Shown here piece after piece: positions 36,987-46,572 of a DNA stretch of 64,000 nucleotides. Position numbers and translations under genes: made by a program. The notes beneath the pieces were generated by a model, which saw only the letters and a program-made list of their open reading frames with translations, searched no databases and was not told the DNA's origin. The stretch spans positions 1 to 64,000 of IMG/VR virus record IMGVR_UViG_2747842506_000001; one strand, given 5' to 3'. This DNA comes from a virus. Lineage: Duplodnaviria; Caudoviricetes. Every line of letters starts with the position of its first letter. The stretch's first letter is position 1.

Positions 36987-37805
36987 TTATACAATAAAAA
37001 AGTCGTCTTCTTTGGCGTTGGGTTCATAGCTGCAATCAACTTGGTTTTTGCTGAGGGGAAATTCTGTGTTAAACCTGCAGTTCTTGTAAACTGATTTAGA
37101 TTCGTGGGGTTTGTCGAGGATGATTGCGCCTTTAGGAAAAAAGAAGTTGCAAGAGTGAAAATTTGCGTCTCCTTTTCCTCCAATGCAGAATGTGTAACGC
37201 CCCTGTTCGTCTGAACCAAAAAAGCGACATTTTGTAAAGATTGTTTTTTCAACGATATTATCCAATAAGGTAACTGGGCCAACAGGATGAAATTCGTCGA
37301 TAGTGTAAAAGTTGCTGAAAAGACAATGATCAAAAGTTGCGAAAGATTCCTTTCCAATTATGACGCCATCGTTTGGTATGCAACAAAATGCACATTTTGA
37401 AAAGTTAGCGCTTGAACCTTCGTCGATATATGCACAAATGGGATCATTTGCGCCATCGGAAGATAAGCGACAGTTTGAGAAATTGCCTGATCCTCCATTG
37501 GATATGTTGAGGCTTACCTCGTCAAGGCCTTCGATCAGAATATCTCTAAAATCACCAAAAGAATCCTTTCCGTCGATGCGAACTTTAAAAAATTCTTCTT
37601 CTTTTTCGTCTCTCTCAACAAAGAGGCCTTTGCCGCCATTTTGAATAGAGACTCCCTCATAACAAAAAGTGCATTTAAGAAAAGTTGGCGATGCTGGTCC
37701 ATCAATAACAACTTCGTCCAAAAATACACAGTGGTCGTATATATCACAACCATTGTTAATAACGAATCGTTCTTCAAAGATTTTTCCTTCGATTTTTTTC
37801 TGCAT
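36987..37805 (-). CDS. Right-handed parallel beta-helix repeat protein (moron)
   Basis: Repeated xF.xC.F motifs (FLKCTF, FSNCRL, FSKCAF, FDHCLF, FTKCRF). Confidence 0.65.
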   Translation of the reverse strand: MQKKIEGKIFEERFVINNGCDIYDHCVFLDEVVIDGPASPTFLKCTFCYEGVSIQNGGKGLFVERDEKEEEFFKVRIDGKDSFGDFRDILIEGLDEVSLNISNGGSGNFSNCRLSSDGANDPICAYIDEGSSANFSKCAFCCIPNDGVIIGKESFATFDHCLFSNFYTIDEFHPVGPVTLLDNIVEKTIFTKCRFFGSDEQGRYTFCIGGKGDANFHSCNFFFPKGAIILDKPHESKSVYKNCRFNTEFPLSKNQVDCSYEPNAKEDDFFIV

Positions 37806-37909
37806 GATGAACTCCTTTGCTGGACGGTCGCTTGATTAACATATATTTTTTTTGTGACAAATAATGACTTGCTTGATTCTGTTGGAATGTTTTTTGAAGT
37901 CTGGAAATA

Positions 37910-38012
37910 AATAAGCCCCTTCAAAAGAAGGGGCTTGTAAAGGCTGTGCCAAACTACACACAGTTTGGCTCTACATGAATCTATAGAGGTGTGCCTCAAA
38001 TCCATGCAGCTT
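37910..38012 (-). ncRNA. Stand-alone structured small RNA with kissing loops
   Basis: Minus-strand TTGACA-17-TAAATT (38045-38017); hairpins GAGG-CACA-CCTC and GCCAAACT-GTGTGT-AGTTTGGC; terminator AAGCCCCTTC/GAAGGGGCTT. Confidence 0.6.
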
Positions 38013-38050
38013 CTCTAATTTACCTTTTCCTGTGACAAATGTCAATCCCA

Positions 38051-38752
38051 TTATGGCTTCGGCGGCGAATATGCCATAGGAGGTGCAGGAGCACCAGTTG
38101 CAGCTGTTGCGTGGGTATGGCCCAGGAACGACAGAGTAGGCGTGGAAAAGTCCGCGCCTTTTACGTTTCCCGACGCTTCTACATCGCCCTTGCTGCTGAT
38201 GTTTCCATCGGAGCTGATTTCCCCTGTGGTTTCAATGTCGCCATCTACGCTTAAAGCTCCTGTGATTTCCACGTTTTCCGCAGAAAGTTCAACTTTTTTC
38301 GCATTTATTTTGACATTTCCCTCACGATCAACCGATATAGTGGTGGAGGCGTCCTCGTTTATACGCCTCATGGGAATCGCCAGAAGATTCAGAAGGTCAT
38401 TCCCGGAAAAACTCATGGGGAGCGCAGCATCTTCGCTCCAGGTTTCCTTCTTCCAGTTTCGTATATCGCGACTGCTGCTTATGCAAAGAACGGTATCGCC
38501 TGCATCCAGCTCATATTCCACATGAACTGTCTTTGTGCCGATCCATAGGACTGGCACATTACGGATTGCCATCAGCTTGTCGTCCTTCAAAGGTTCCATT
38601 TGCATATTGCGCAGACAGTTTCTCACGCTGGGACGAACATTGACTGTTCCATCATCGTTTACGGCATCAATGACAGCGGGGAAGGCTGTTTCAAAGTCCT
38701 CCATCTTATTGTCAAAGAAACGGTCCAAAATTTTTGCGATGCTGTTAGCCAT
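38051..38752 (-). CDS. Baseplate central spike (Gp138-like)
   Basis: TAFPAVI, VNVRP, NVPV, GD..L; C-terminal beta repeats and HTH metal-tip motif. Confidence 0.8.
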   Translation of the reverse strand: MANSIAKILDRFFDNKMEDFETAFPAVIDAVNDDGTVNVRPSVRNCLRNMQMEPLKDDKLMAIRNVPVLWIGTKTVHVEYELDAGDTVLCISSSRDIRNWKKETWSEDAALPMSFSGNDLLNLLAIPMRRINEDASTTISVDREGNVKINAKKVELSAENVEITGALSVDGDIETTGEISSDGNISSKGDVEASGNVKGADFSTPTLSFLGHTHATAATGAPAPPMAYSPPKP

Positions 38753-39750
38753 TACCAGCTTACCTCACTTGCTTCACATTCAACGGTAAAGTCGCCACCA
38801 TGGTTTGAGCCGCGGAAGCAACATTCAGTCACGATAAAGTTTCCCTTGACACAGAGCGATTCTACGCTGTCGTAGGAGTCTCCACAGCTGGAATCCAGCT
38901 TTACATATATGTTGGGAGCGAACTTTGGCGAAATAAGCGCAGTAAAGCGTACTTTCCTTGTACGGTCGATTTCCTTGCTGGGCTTGTTTTCAGCCGACTG
39001 TTCGTCATTTTCGTCCTGGGAGAACAGGTAGAACTGCGGATCGTCTCCAAAATTCACCTTATTTGCACTTTCATCGCGCATTTCCTCCGCATGGAGCAGA
39101 CCGCTTGCATGGTTCAGCTCAATCTGTTCCAGTTCCATCGTCTTTTCATCCTCGTTGACCACAATCATTTCGTTATTGTCGAAATAGAGGTGAAGTCCGA
39201 ACTTGGGGATCAGTATATTGTCCCTAAAACTTATGACAGCCTGCCGGAATGTTGCCGAAACGCCATATTCTATTCCAATGGGTTCCGACAGTTTTGTCTG
39301 GCTTCCAGCTCGAAGCGCGATACCAGCGTAATCGCATAGTTCCTGCAGGCATTTCTTGGCGGTTGTGTCCTCCTTGAACAGGAAGGCGCAATTCAGACGT
39401 GCAAGCTGGTAGAACGTTCCACGCGCAGAAACGCAGGTGAGGATCAGCTCAACGTCCTTTCCGACGCGCCTGGGGACAGCATAACCGATTTGACCGACGA
39501 AGATGTTTCCGACGGTTTCGTCCTGATATCCAGCCTGCAACAGGACGCTGTTTCCTTCACTCATGACAAAGTTGATTGTGTCTGGGGAAGGGTTGAAAAC
39601 GGTAATTGTGGCCTCGTTGTCATACCATTCGATGGATCGGGTCACTTCAAATTCAATGTCGAACTGTGAAAGGTCCTTGCTGTCCTGCGTCGTGAGGTTT
39701 CCCACAGCGAATTTGCCGATAAAGAGACGGACTATCCTTCCGAAAGCCAT
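38752..39750 (-). CDS. Baseplate hub protein
   Basis: F.R.V.L, IEFEV.RS, NEATITVFN, LQAGY, FRGSNHG. Confidence 0.8.
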   Translation of the reverse strand: MAFGRIVRLFIGKFAVGNLTTQDSKDLSQFDIEFEVTRSIEWYDNEATITVFNPSPDTINFVMSEGNSVLLQAGYQDETVGNIFVGQIGYAVPRRVGKDVELILTCVSARGTFYQLARLNCAFLFKEDTTAKKCLQELCDYAGIALRAGSQTKLSEPIGIEYGVSATFRQAVISFRDNILIPKFGLHLYFDNNEMIVVNEDEKTMELEQIELNHASGLLHAEEMRDESANKVNFGDDPQFYLFSQDENDEQSAENKPSKEIDRTRKVRFTALISPKFAPNIYVKLDSSCGDSYDSVESLCVKGNFIVTECCFRGSNHGGDFTVECEASEVSW

Positions 39751-40094
39751 TAGAGCATCCCAGCCTTTTCAAAAACGGTTATATCCTGCTTTGTCAAGTA
39801 GTGGAGAACGTAGGCCACGCCCAGGTTGTCATGCCCAAGGGGGTTCTTGCAGGTCTTTTCACGCTTGAAGATTGCAAGATCGCCATTTTCAAGAACGCCA
39901 TTCCTGCTTTTTAGAAGCCTGCTGTTGGGAACGAGGCGTATTCCACATCTTTTTCCGTTGACGGTCTCGAAGTCCGCAAACCAGCTTCCATCCCGCCAGT
40001 TCCACAAAAGACGGATGGAGAGCATGACGCCCTCAATGTTGACGCGCTCAACCAGATAGGAACCACCGTTGGTTTCTATGGGAATCTTTATCAT
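39750..40094 (-). CDS. Baseplate plug / small baseplate protein
   Basis: L.WN.R...W..D, GIRLV. Confidence 0.7.
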   Translation of the reverse strand: MIKIPIETNGGSYLVERVNIEGVMLSIRLLWNWRDGSWFADFETVNGKRCGIRLVPNSRLLKSRNGVLENGDLAIFKREKTCKNPLGHDNLGVAYVLHYLTKQDITVFEKAGML

Positions 40095-40810
40095 GCGTAC
40101 TCCCTGGCAAGAGATTCGTTCATCTTGTTTACCGCCTCGTCGGCGCTTTCGCTCCCGTCTCCACTGACGTTTCCAGCGTTGGCCTTCTTACTCATTGCCT
40201 GTGACTCGGCGCTGTTCTGTACGCCTGGTTCCGGGGCGTTCCATTCGCCATTTAGGTTTTCACTTTCAAAGGTCGCTGTACGGATTTCCCGGAGAGTCAT
40301 TTCGAACTTTATGGATTCACCATCTTCCGCACCACGCGACGCTTGCAGGCTTTCGATAATCATTTCCTCATAGACTTCAAGGGAGGTGATGATCCGAAGT
40401 TTCTGACGCGCCTTGGCTATGGAACAGAGCTGTTGCCAGCGTGTAAGTGCGGTGTTGGTGACAGCCTCCGCTTCCTCGATTTCAACCTTGTCCTTCCAGG
40501 TTCTGTCATTACGTGTTCCGTCCTCGTTGAGGAAGGCGCCCGTTCCGTTTATGGAATGGTTCGTGAACAAACCCGTCACCTTGACGCTTCGCAGTTTCTG
40601 CTGGACGTGATCGCTGATTGTGGCACCGTTTTCAACGGCATGGTCGGTAATGTCAAATTCCAGCTCATGGCTTTCGTCCACAAGCAGGTCAAAGGGGAGG
40701 TTCTCAAGTCCGAAACGCTCATTCCTCATGAACAGGGACGCAGGAATGACCTGGGGCGGGTTCTTGTAGCGGGAATATATGGCAAGGCCAGTATTTATGA
40801 AGCCAATCAT
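40091..40810 (-). CDS. Dit-like tail/baseplate protein
   Basis: ESH...DITDHAVENGATISDHV, Y.EM.I..L, L.EIR. Confidence 0.8.
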   Translation of the reverse strand: MIGFINTGLAIYSRYKNPPQVIPASLFMRNERFGLENLPFDLLVDESHELEFDITDHAVENGATISDHVQQKLRSVKVTGLFTNHSINGTGAFLNEDGTRNDRTWKDKVEIEEAEAVTNTALTRWQQLCSIAKARQKLRIITSLEVYEEMIIESLQASRGAEDGESIKFEMTLREIRTATFESENLNGEWNAPEPGVQNSAESQAMSKKANAGNVSGDGSESADEAVNKMNESLAREYA

Positions 40811-42669
40811 AGGGCGAGTGCCTTGACGCCTTCCGCGCGCAGGTTGAACGTCAGTTGGGACTGGAGAAGCGTGCGAAGGTTCTCCTTGATAAGTCTTGCC
40901 ATCATGTCGCTGTCGGTCTTGATATTGTTCGTGTAGTCGATGTTCGTGATGTTGGTAGTTCCCTTTGCGTTCTTGGCAACGGATTGCATGGCCTTCTGCA
41001 TTTCCGCCTCAAGGTCAACGGGCGTATAGCTGAAATCCGTCGGCTTGAAATCTACTCCGGGTTCCTTGCTGTTCTTCCAGGGGAGGGAATGATTCCTGTT
41101 CATCTTGGCTTGTCCCTGTCCGACTAGCTTTTGATAATAGTCCTTTGCGCCTTTCGCTGTAGCCCATTTGATAAGCAGGTCTGTCGCACCCGCAGGGACG
41201 CTTCTCATGTCGAAGCCGTTGCCGGAAGCGGGGTCCCATCCCGGATTCCAGGGGATGCTTGGCATCTTCTTCATGAGTTCCTTTTCCTGGGCTGTCATCT
41301 TGCTCTCATATTCCTTCATGGAACGTTCCCAGCTACCTCTTTCCTTTATGGCTCGGTCAATTTCGCCTGCGGCTTCCTCCCTTCGGGCTTCGCGGAGTTT
41401 CTCATTGGCGAGATCGACAAGCAGGTTTCCCGCTTCCCAAATCTTCTGGAGTCCCCAGACGGTTGCGGTAAAGAGACCTGCCTTGAGGAATCCCTGCCAG
41501 CTTGTTCCTAGCCCGTTAAGGGACTTTCCGAATGCGATTGTTCCCTTCTGGGCGCTATCCATCAGAGGGACGACGAACTTGAACGCGCCAACGAAGGCCA
41601 TTGTGGAGACCGGAGCCTTGGCGAACAGGTTCAAGACGTTGGAAATGCCGTTTGCGAAGGTGGAAATTGCGCCAATGTTCTGCGAAACTGTCCCGATAAG
41701 CGATTTCAGGACTTCGCCGAAGCTGTGGAACAGTTTCCTTATCGAGGGCATATTTGCCTTGATTTCGCGAGCTAAATCAGCAAAGACGGGCAGAAGCTCC
41801 TTTCCGACTTCTTCCTTTACGTCGCCGATTTCATTCTGTAGCTGGGCGATCCTGCCAGCATCCGTACCCGCCATTTCCTTTGCAAAGCCCCGGACGCTCT
41901 CGAGCGTCTTTTGCAAGGCGGCGACCTGCATATCCTCGGTGACGGTTGCTCCATCCTGTCGAAGTTTTTGCAGTTCCTTGAGCGCGGTGGTATCAAAACC
42001 CTGTTGTTCCAGCGTCATTGTGCGCCCTGTAGTGACCGCACCAAGCAATGTCTGGGCATATCCCTTCAACTGTTCAGCGTTGGCTTCGCCCCCGTTTGTG
42101 GAACGTGCAGCATAGTCTGCGACAAGCTGCATCATGCGCTTGCTGTTATCGACTCCCTTTATCCGGTTGCTCCAGGTGGAGGCCGCAGTAAGCAGCCCTT
42201 CGTCCCCGTACATGCTGTTCGCCTGTATTCGTCCGGCAAATTCCTTGAGTTCATTGAAACGGTTGGCTGTGCCATTCCGTTCCATCTGGAACTTTAGGCT
42301 TCTTTCTGCACGATCCTGAATCTTGAAGGCGTCCATGGTTTCCTTACCGAAGCCAATGAGCTTGGAAATGCCCTGGAACCCAGCATAGGCGGCGACAGCC
42401 CCTGCTATGGCCTTCTTGAGTCCTCCGAAACTCCCTTCGAGCTTCTTTGTCTCCTTCTGTGCATTTCTGGTGGCTTCGCCAATCTTTTGAGCCTCGCTTG
42501 CGGCCTTGCCAGCTTCCTTTCCGACTTTTTCCGTTTCCTTGGCGACCTTGGCTGCATCAGCGTTGGTTTTGCCCATGGAGTCCTGGAAACGTCCGAGTGC
42601 AGCATTGAGTTCCGCATCCTCGATCTGGAAGCGCACCGTTTGCACAAATTCGTTTTCGTCAGCCATCAT
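40807..42669 (-). CDS. Tape measure protein
   Basis: 620 aa, Ala/Lys-rich helical with hydrophobic segments; follows tail chaperones. Confidence 0.8.
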   Translation of the reverse strand: MMADENEFVQTVRFQIEDAELNAALGRFQDSMGKTNADAAKVAKETEKVGKEAGKAASEAQKIGEATRNAQKETKKLEGSFGGLKKAIAGAVAAYAGFQGISKLIGFGKETMDAFKIQDRAERSLKFQMERNGTANRFNELKEFAGRIQANSMYGDEGLLTAASTWSNRIKGVDNSKRMMQLVADYAARSTNGGEANAEQLKGYAQTLLGAVTTGRTMTLEQQGFDTTALKELQKLRQDGATVTEDMQVAALQKTLESVRGFAKEMAGTDAGRIAQLQNEIGDVKEEVGKELLPVFADLAREIKANMPSIRKLFHSFGEVLKSLIGTVSQNIGAISTFANGISNVLNLFAKAPVSTMAFVGAFKFVVPLMDSAQKGTIAFGKSLNGLGTSWQGFLKAGLFTATVWGLQKIWEAGNLLVDLANEKLREARREEAAGEIDRAIKERGSWERSMKEYESKMTAQEKELMKKMPSIPWNPGWDPASGNGFDMRSVPAGATDLLIKWATAKGAKDYYQKLVGQGQAKMNRNHSLPWKNSKEPGVDFKPTDFSYTPVDLEAEMQKAMQSVAKNAKGTTNITNIDYTNNIKTDSDMMARLIKENLRTLLQSQLTFNLRAEGVKALAL

Positions 42670-42910
42670 CGCTCCTTTGCTGTTGATAGTATTCGCCCCA
42701 GGCGCTCCTGTAGTCGTTTTCCATATCCATGTAGGCGCAGAAGGCCATTATCCTGTCAAAGGTCCAGTTCTGCTCTATATCGGAAAGCGGAACACGCGCC
42801 TTGCTGACTATTCGCCAGATTGGAGCGTATTCCGCTGCTGTGCCGCCCAGCGTCCCGATCCTGCCAAGGCTTGCAATATCCCTGGTGTCGGAATCGCTGA
42901 ACGAGGACAC
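42659..42910 (-). CDS. Tail assembly chaperone, frameshift (GT) extension
   Basis: In the -1 frame of the upstream chaperone, open back to slippery C-CCT-TTC. Confidence 0.7.
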   Translation of the reverse strand: MSSFSDSDTRDIASLGRIGTLGGTAAEYAPIWRIVSKARVPLSDIEQNWTFDRIMAFCAYMDMENDYRSAWGEYYQQQRSDDG

Positions 42911-42927
42911 GATTGGATTGGAATAGT

Positions 42928-43329
42928 CTAGGTTCCAGTCAGCTCCGTTTCCGGAGCCTTTGCGAAAGGGGACAGTTTTTCCAGCTTCCAGACCTTGAGA
43001 AGCACCGCGTACAATTCGTTGCGATTTGCAGCAAATTGTTCCGAAATGCAGTCACTGTTTGCAAGTCGCACAGATTTCTTGCCCCTGTTCACGACTGTGA
43101 CGGTGGAAAGGGTGGTTTCCACAAGCCAGCGGAAATCGGAGTCCGACATATCGGAAATCGTACTCGCGAGCGTTGCAAAGGCGTTCATTTCGTCGGAAAA
43201 GTCCATTCCATATTGAGCCATGCGCCCGATAAGGCCAAGAACCTTTCTGTCGAGGTTTAACGCCTCGAAACCAGTGTGGGGAATGAGCTGATAGTCGCTT
43301 TCACCGATTCTGAAATTTATGACGTCCAT
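42928..43329 (-). CDS. Tail assembly chaperone (G)
   Basis: Between tail tube and tape measure; slippery heptamer near 3' end. Confidence 0.75.
   Translation of the reverse strand: MDVINFRIGESDYQLIPHTGFEALNLDRKVLGLIGRMAQYGMDFSDEMNAFATLASTISDMSDSDFRWLVETTLSTVTVVNRGKKSVRLANSDCISEQFAANRNELYAVLLKVWKLEKLSPFAKAPETELTGT
42964..42970 (-). other. Programmed -1 frameshift site C CCT TTC
   Basis: In-frame X XXY YYZ; -1 frame reads CCC TTT CGC AAA ... ATC GTG TCC TCG TTC into the next ORF without a stop. Confidence 0.75.
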
Positions 43330-43332
43330 TCC

Positions 43333-43746
43333 TTACCCCTCGAATACGGCTTCGCCCTTGACGCGCAGGGTGACTGTTCTTGCCGTTGCAGCGCGTCCTC
43401 GCGTTGCGTCGCCCATGCTATGAATCCAACACTGGCCCAGGATGGAAAATGGGCCGTTCAAGTCCACGAAGGCAAAGACATAGGGACCCGCCTTGGTTGT
43501 TTCGTCTGCGATACGCAGGGTTTCCAGCTTGGCGAGCTGGGGGCTGGTCTGCATGAAGGGAAGGGTGACCTTGTAGAGCTTTCTCACCATTCGGGAGCGT
43601 TCGACGCAGCCGTTGCTACCCTCGGTGACTTCCCATTCGTCACCCTCCTTGGTGATAACAACATCGCCGACAAAATCGGAAAGTTCGACTCCTTCGACGG
43701 AAATGTTTACCAGCGTGTGGTCATAGGTTCCAACAAGATTAGACAT
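43333..43746 (-). CDS. Tail tube protein (DUF3277-like)
   Basis: TYD...VNISV.G, G.NG...RS, MQTSP, F.FVDLNG; follows sheath. Confidence 0.8.
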   Translation of the reverse strand: MSNLVGTYDHTLVNISVEGVELSDFVGDVVITKEGDEWEVTEGSNGCVERSRMVRKLYKVTLPFMQTSPQLAKLETLRIADETTKAGPYVFAFVDLNGPFSILGQCWIHSMGDATRGRAATARTVTLRVKGEAVFEG

Positions 43747-43758
43747 TTGGTGTTCTCC

Positions 43759-44859
43759 TTACAGGGTGACTGTGAGTTCCACGTTCTTGACGGTATGAAT
43801 GGAGTTGAGCCTGGAATAACGGCCCTTTACAAGCGGCAGATTTCGCGCCTGCACATCCGATGCATAGTTGGTCTTGAGGTATTCATAGTTCTTGACGTCA
43901 ACGGTGAAGCCTTCCATGATGTACTGGTGATCGGTGTCAGAAGCCTTGGCGAATACCTGGAGAATGGCTGCAGCGATGCTGTTGATGCCGCTGTCATTGT
44001 AGGTGACGCCATGACCGTCATTTGCTTCGCCAAGAAGGCTGTAGATTTTCGTCTGGACGTTGAAACGAATCCAGTCGTCCTTTGCGATATTGTCGATGAA
44101 GCTGGCCGGGGACTGTTCCCCGGTACTATCCAGCAGGACATTCTTTCCGCTAGTGCTACCCATGAAAACGCGAGCTTCGCCAGCTGCGTTTGCATAGACG
44201 TTGATGTTGGCGGCGACAAGTGCGTCAAAGACGGATTTCTTGTAGCTGTCATATTCCACGTTCTTGACCTTCTTATGGGCGAAAGTGCCGCGAGCGGAGT
44301 CAAGGGCGCATCTGCTGGAGACAAGGGAGGCGGCAAGGTTGCCGGATGCGTGGTGCTGATAGAGAGCCACGCGTTCGCTTGTGGACTTGAGAAGTGTCTC
44401 GGAAAGCGCGATGATTGCAGCGAAGCCTTCGCTAGCATCGTCAAGTTCCAGATGGAGAATCTTGAAATTCTCGCCAAGATAGGTGTTCCAGCCACCAGTC
44501 TTTGTAAACTCGGTGGCGGCAGGAATGACGTTCCCGTCGAACTTGGCTACAATATGGTAGAAGTCCAGGGAGTTATCCTGGGCGAGCTTGATTGCAGCAA
44601 GGGCGTCCGTAAAGGACTGGGCCTTGATTGCGATAACCTTGGCGGGGCAGGCTCCCTGGGAGAAGGCGCTTGCCACCATTCCATAAAGAAGGCTGTCCGT
44701 TCCGAATACCTCCGCATCCTCGGAGCTGGAACATTCAAGGAAATCCGGGCCGTTTTCGGCGGGACCAACGACCGCCATGGTATTGACGCTTGTAGTGGAG
44801 ACTGTGGAAATAGCCTCGTTTATGCTGATCTTGACGATGGAGTCGATAATCTGCGCCAT
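43759..44859 (-). CDS. Tail sheath protein (DUF3383-like)
   Basis: IDSIVKISI, TFAHK.V, NINVY, FID....DW, YND.GI, IH.V. Confidence 0.85.
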   Translation of the reverse strand: MAQIIDSIVKISINEAISTVSTTSVNTMAVVGPAENGPDFLECSSSEDAEVFGTDSLLYGMVASAFSQGACPAKVIAIKAQSFTDALAAIKLAQDNSLDFYHIVAKFDGNVIPAATEFTKTGGWNTYLGENFKILHLELDDASEGFAAIIALSETLLKSTSERVALYQHHASGNLAASLVSSRCALDSARGTFAHKKVKNVEYDSYKKSVFDALVAANINVYANAAGEARVFMGSTSGKNVLLDSTGEQSPASFIDNIAKDDWIRFNVQTKIYSLLGEANDGHGVTYNDSGINSIAAAILQVFAKASDTDHQYIMEGFTVDVKNYEYLKTNYASDVQARNLPLVKGRYSRLNSIHTVKNVELTVTL

Positions 44860-44867
44860 CTGTTCTC

Positions 44868-45338
44868 CTATTGTTTTTCGAATGTTAAGGGTGAGACGGT
44901 TTCAATCCTCTGCAATTCGACCGCGACTTCATCCGTGAAGTTCGCCTGGAACGAGAAACGCCATTGTCGCACATAGAACTTGCCATCATAGGTGTCTATG
45001 GCTGTGACGTCTGTCGGTTGCCAGACTGTGAAGCCGTTCTCCCTTGCGAACTGGGTGAATTGCGGAAGTTCCAGCTCGTTTCTTACGCTTCGGAGCAGGT
45101 TGCCATCGCCTTCAACCTCGACGAGGTGGATGTTGGCGACTTGGCTGAATCGGTAGGCGTCAACGCCTGGGGATGGCGTCAGCTTGCGTCCATATTGTTC
45201 CACTGAATCGATTCCAACAGCGACATAGCACCCAACGGGGGCGGGACTGTTGGTCGGGCTTTTCAGGAACTGGACGGGAAATCTTTCGCTGGTGTTGAAG
45301 TACCTGCAGATCGCTCCCTTTATGTCCTCGACGTTCAC
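44868..45338 (-). CDS. Neck / tail terminator protein
   Basis: Position upstream of sheath, size. Confidence 0.6.
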   Translation of the reverse strand: MNVEDIKGAICRYFNTSERFPVQFLKSPTNSPAPVGCYVAVGIDSVEQYGRKLTPSPGVDAYRFSQVANIHLVEVEGDGNLLRSVRNELELPQFTQFARENGFTVWQPTDVTAIDTYDGKFYVRQWRFSFQANFTDEVAVELQRIETVSPLTFEKQ

Positions 45339-45706
45339 TTGAGCGCCTCCGGAATCTGGGCTGGCGGGACCTTGCTCGCGATGTACTTCCAGTGGGTAAT
45401 ATTCGGAAGATTGCCGTAAACAAGCTCATCAACGATTTCATACCAGTAGCCGCCTTGCTTGACATATCCGATTGCCTCTATACCGTCCTGTGTCCTTGCT
45501 GCAAGTTTCTCGCTGGAATAGACCTTGACCATGCCCGTATTGCGCGAACCTTCGCTGTACGCGATAGCTTCTTCGCCTGTAACGGGTTGAATTGTTCCGC
45601 GAACAGTCCTTTGAGAAAGTTTGCCAGGAACGGAGTTCCCTTCCAGATCGGCGGTAGGCTTTCCCAGTTCGCTATAGAGGAATGTCCTAGCGAATAACGT
45701 TGCCAC
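45335..45706 (-). CDS. Head closure protein
   Basis: GTIQP, EG.R, G.WYEI, HWKYIA. Confidence 0.65.
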   Translation of the reverse strand: MATLFARTFLYSELGKPTADLEGNSVPGKLSQRTVRGTIQPVTGEEAIAYSEGSRNTGMVKVYSSEKLAARTQDGIEAIGYVKQGGYWYEIVDELVYGNLPNITHWKYIASKVPPAQIPEALK

Positions 45707-46097
45707 CGCAGAACCCCTGCATCCTTACTGCGCCCGTAACGCCCGGACGCGGTGAATACTGTTTTCTCAACAGAAGGAACTGTTGTCCGAAGCTGGTGCT
45801 GGAAAGCCAGGCATCATCGTCGTTGCCTTTTGTGCTTCCATAGGAAACGGAAATGTCGCCCTCGCGTTTGCTGGTGACGGTTCCTGCATCCCCGTCAGTT
45901 CCCCTTGACTCAAGGGCGGCAAGATGGCAGACGAGAAGCGAAAGAGCATAGACGTAGGCCTTCTTGAAATAGCAGGCGCTTACATGGTGGGAGGCTCCCA
46001 TGATCCAGGCGTCAAGTCGCTTGCTGTCCGCGTATTCCGGCGGAAGGTAGGCTATGAGTTCGTCCTTCTGTTCATCACTTATTGGAAGCGGAATCAT
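45687..46097 (-). CDS. Head-tail adaptor (DUF4054-like)
   Basis: PEYAD, LLVCH, G.VTSK.EG.ISVSY, T.FGQQF. Confidence 0.8.
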   Translation of the reverse strand: MIPLPISDEQKDELIAYLPPEYADSKRLDAWIMGASHHVSACYFKKAYVYALSLLVCHLAALESRGTDGDAGTVTSKREGDISVSYGSTKGNDDDAWLSSTSFGQQFLLLRKQYSPRPGVTGAVRMQGFCGGNVIR

Positions 46098-46461
46098 TGA
46101 GCTTCTTTGCCTCCATTTCCTGCTTCTGCTGTTTCTGTTTTTCCTTGGCGGCGTCCCATTCGCGGTCAAAGTCGTCAAGTTCCTTCTTCCTTGCGTCAGC
46201 GGCTCGTTTTACGCCAGCGTCCTTCTTCTTGACGCTGTTCTCGATTTCATCCACAATCTTCTGGCTGTTTGCCTTGGAAATGGCGATGGTTGCGACGCCT
46301 GCGGTGACCTTGGACTCAAAGGAAAGGCGACCCTGTTTTTCCAGGGCCTTGATGATTGGGTGATTCCTGTCGATGCTGTTGTCCGGCACAATGTTTGAAC
46401 CCGGAAGCAGAAGGACGCTTCCGATGTGGACTGTGCATTTCTGGTTGTTCATGACGAGCAT
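46075..46461 (-). CDS. Phage virion-module hypothetical protein
   Basis: LLPGSN motif, downstream of capsid. Confidence 0.65.
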   Translation of the reverse strand: MLVMNNQKCTVHIGSVLLLPGSNIVPDNSIDRNHPIIKALEKQGRLSFESKVTAGVATIAISKANSQKIVDEIENSVKKKDAGVKRAADARKKELDDFDREWDAAKEKQKQQKQEMEAKKLNDSASNK

Positions 46462-46572
46462 GGGGATATTCCTGTGGATCACAAATGGGGAAGGGGGTAA
46501 AAAAAACTCCACCGCGACGGAAGGCTGGCCTGGAGAGGTGTCGTCGCGATGGAGCCGGGGAGGTATGCCCTA

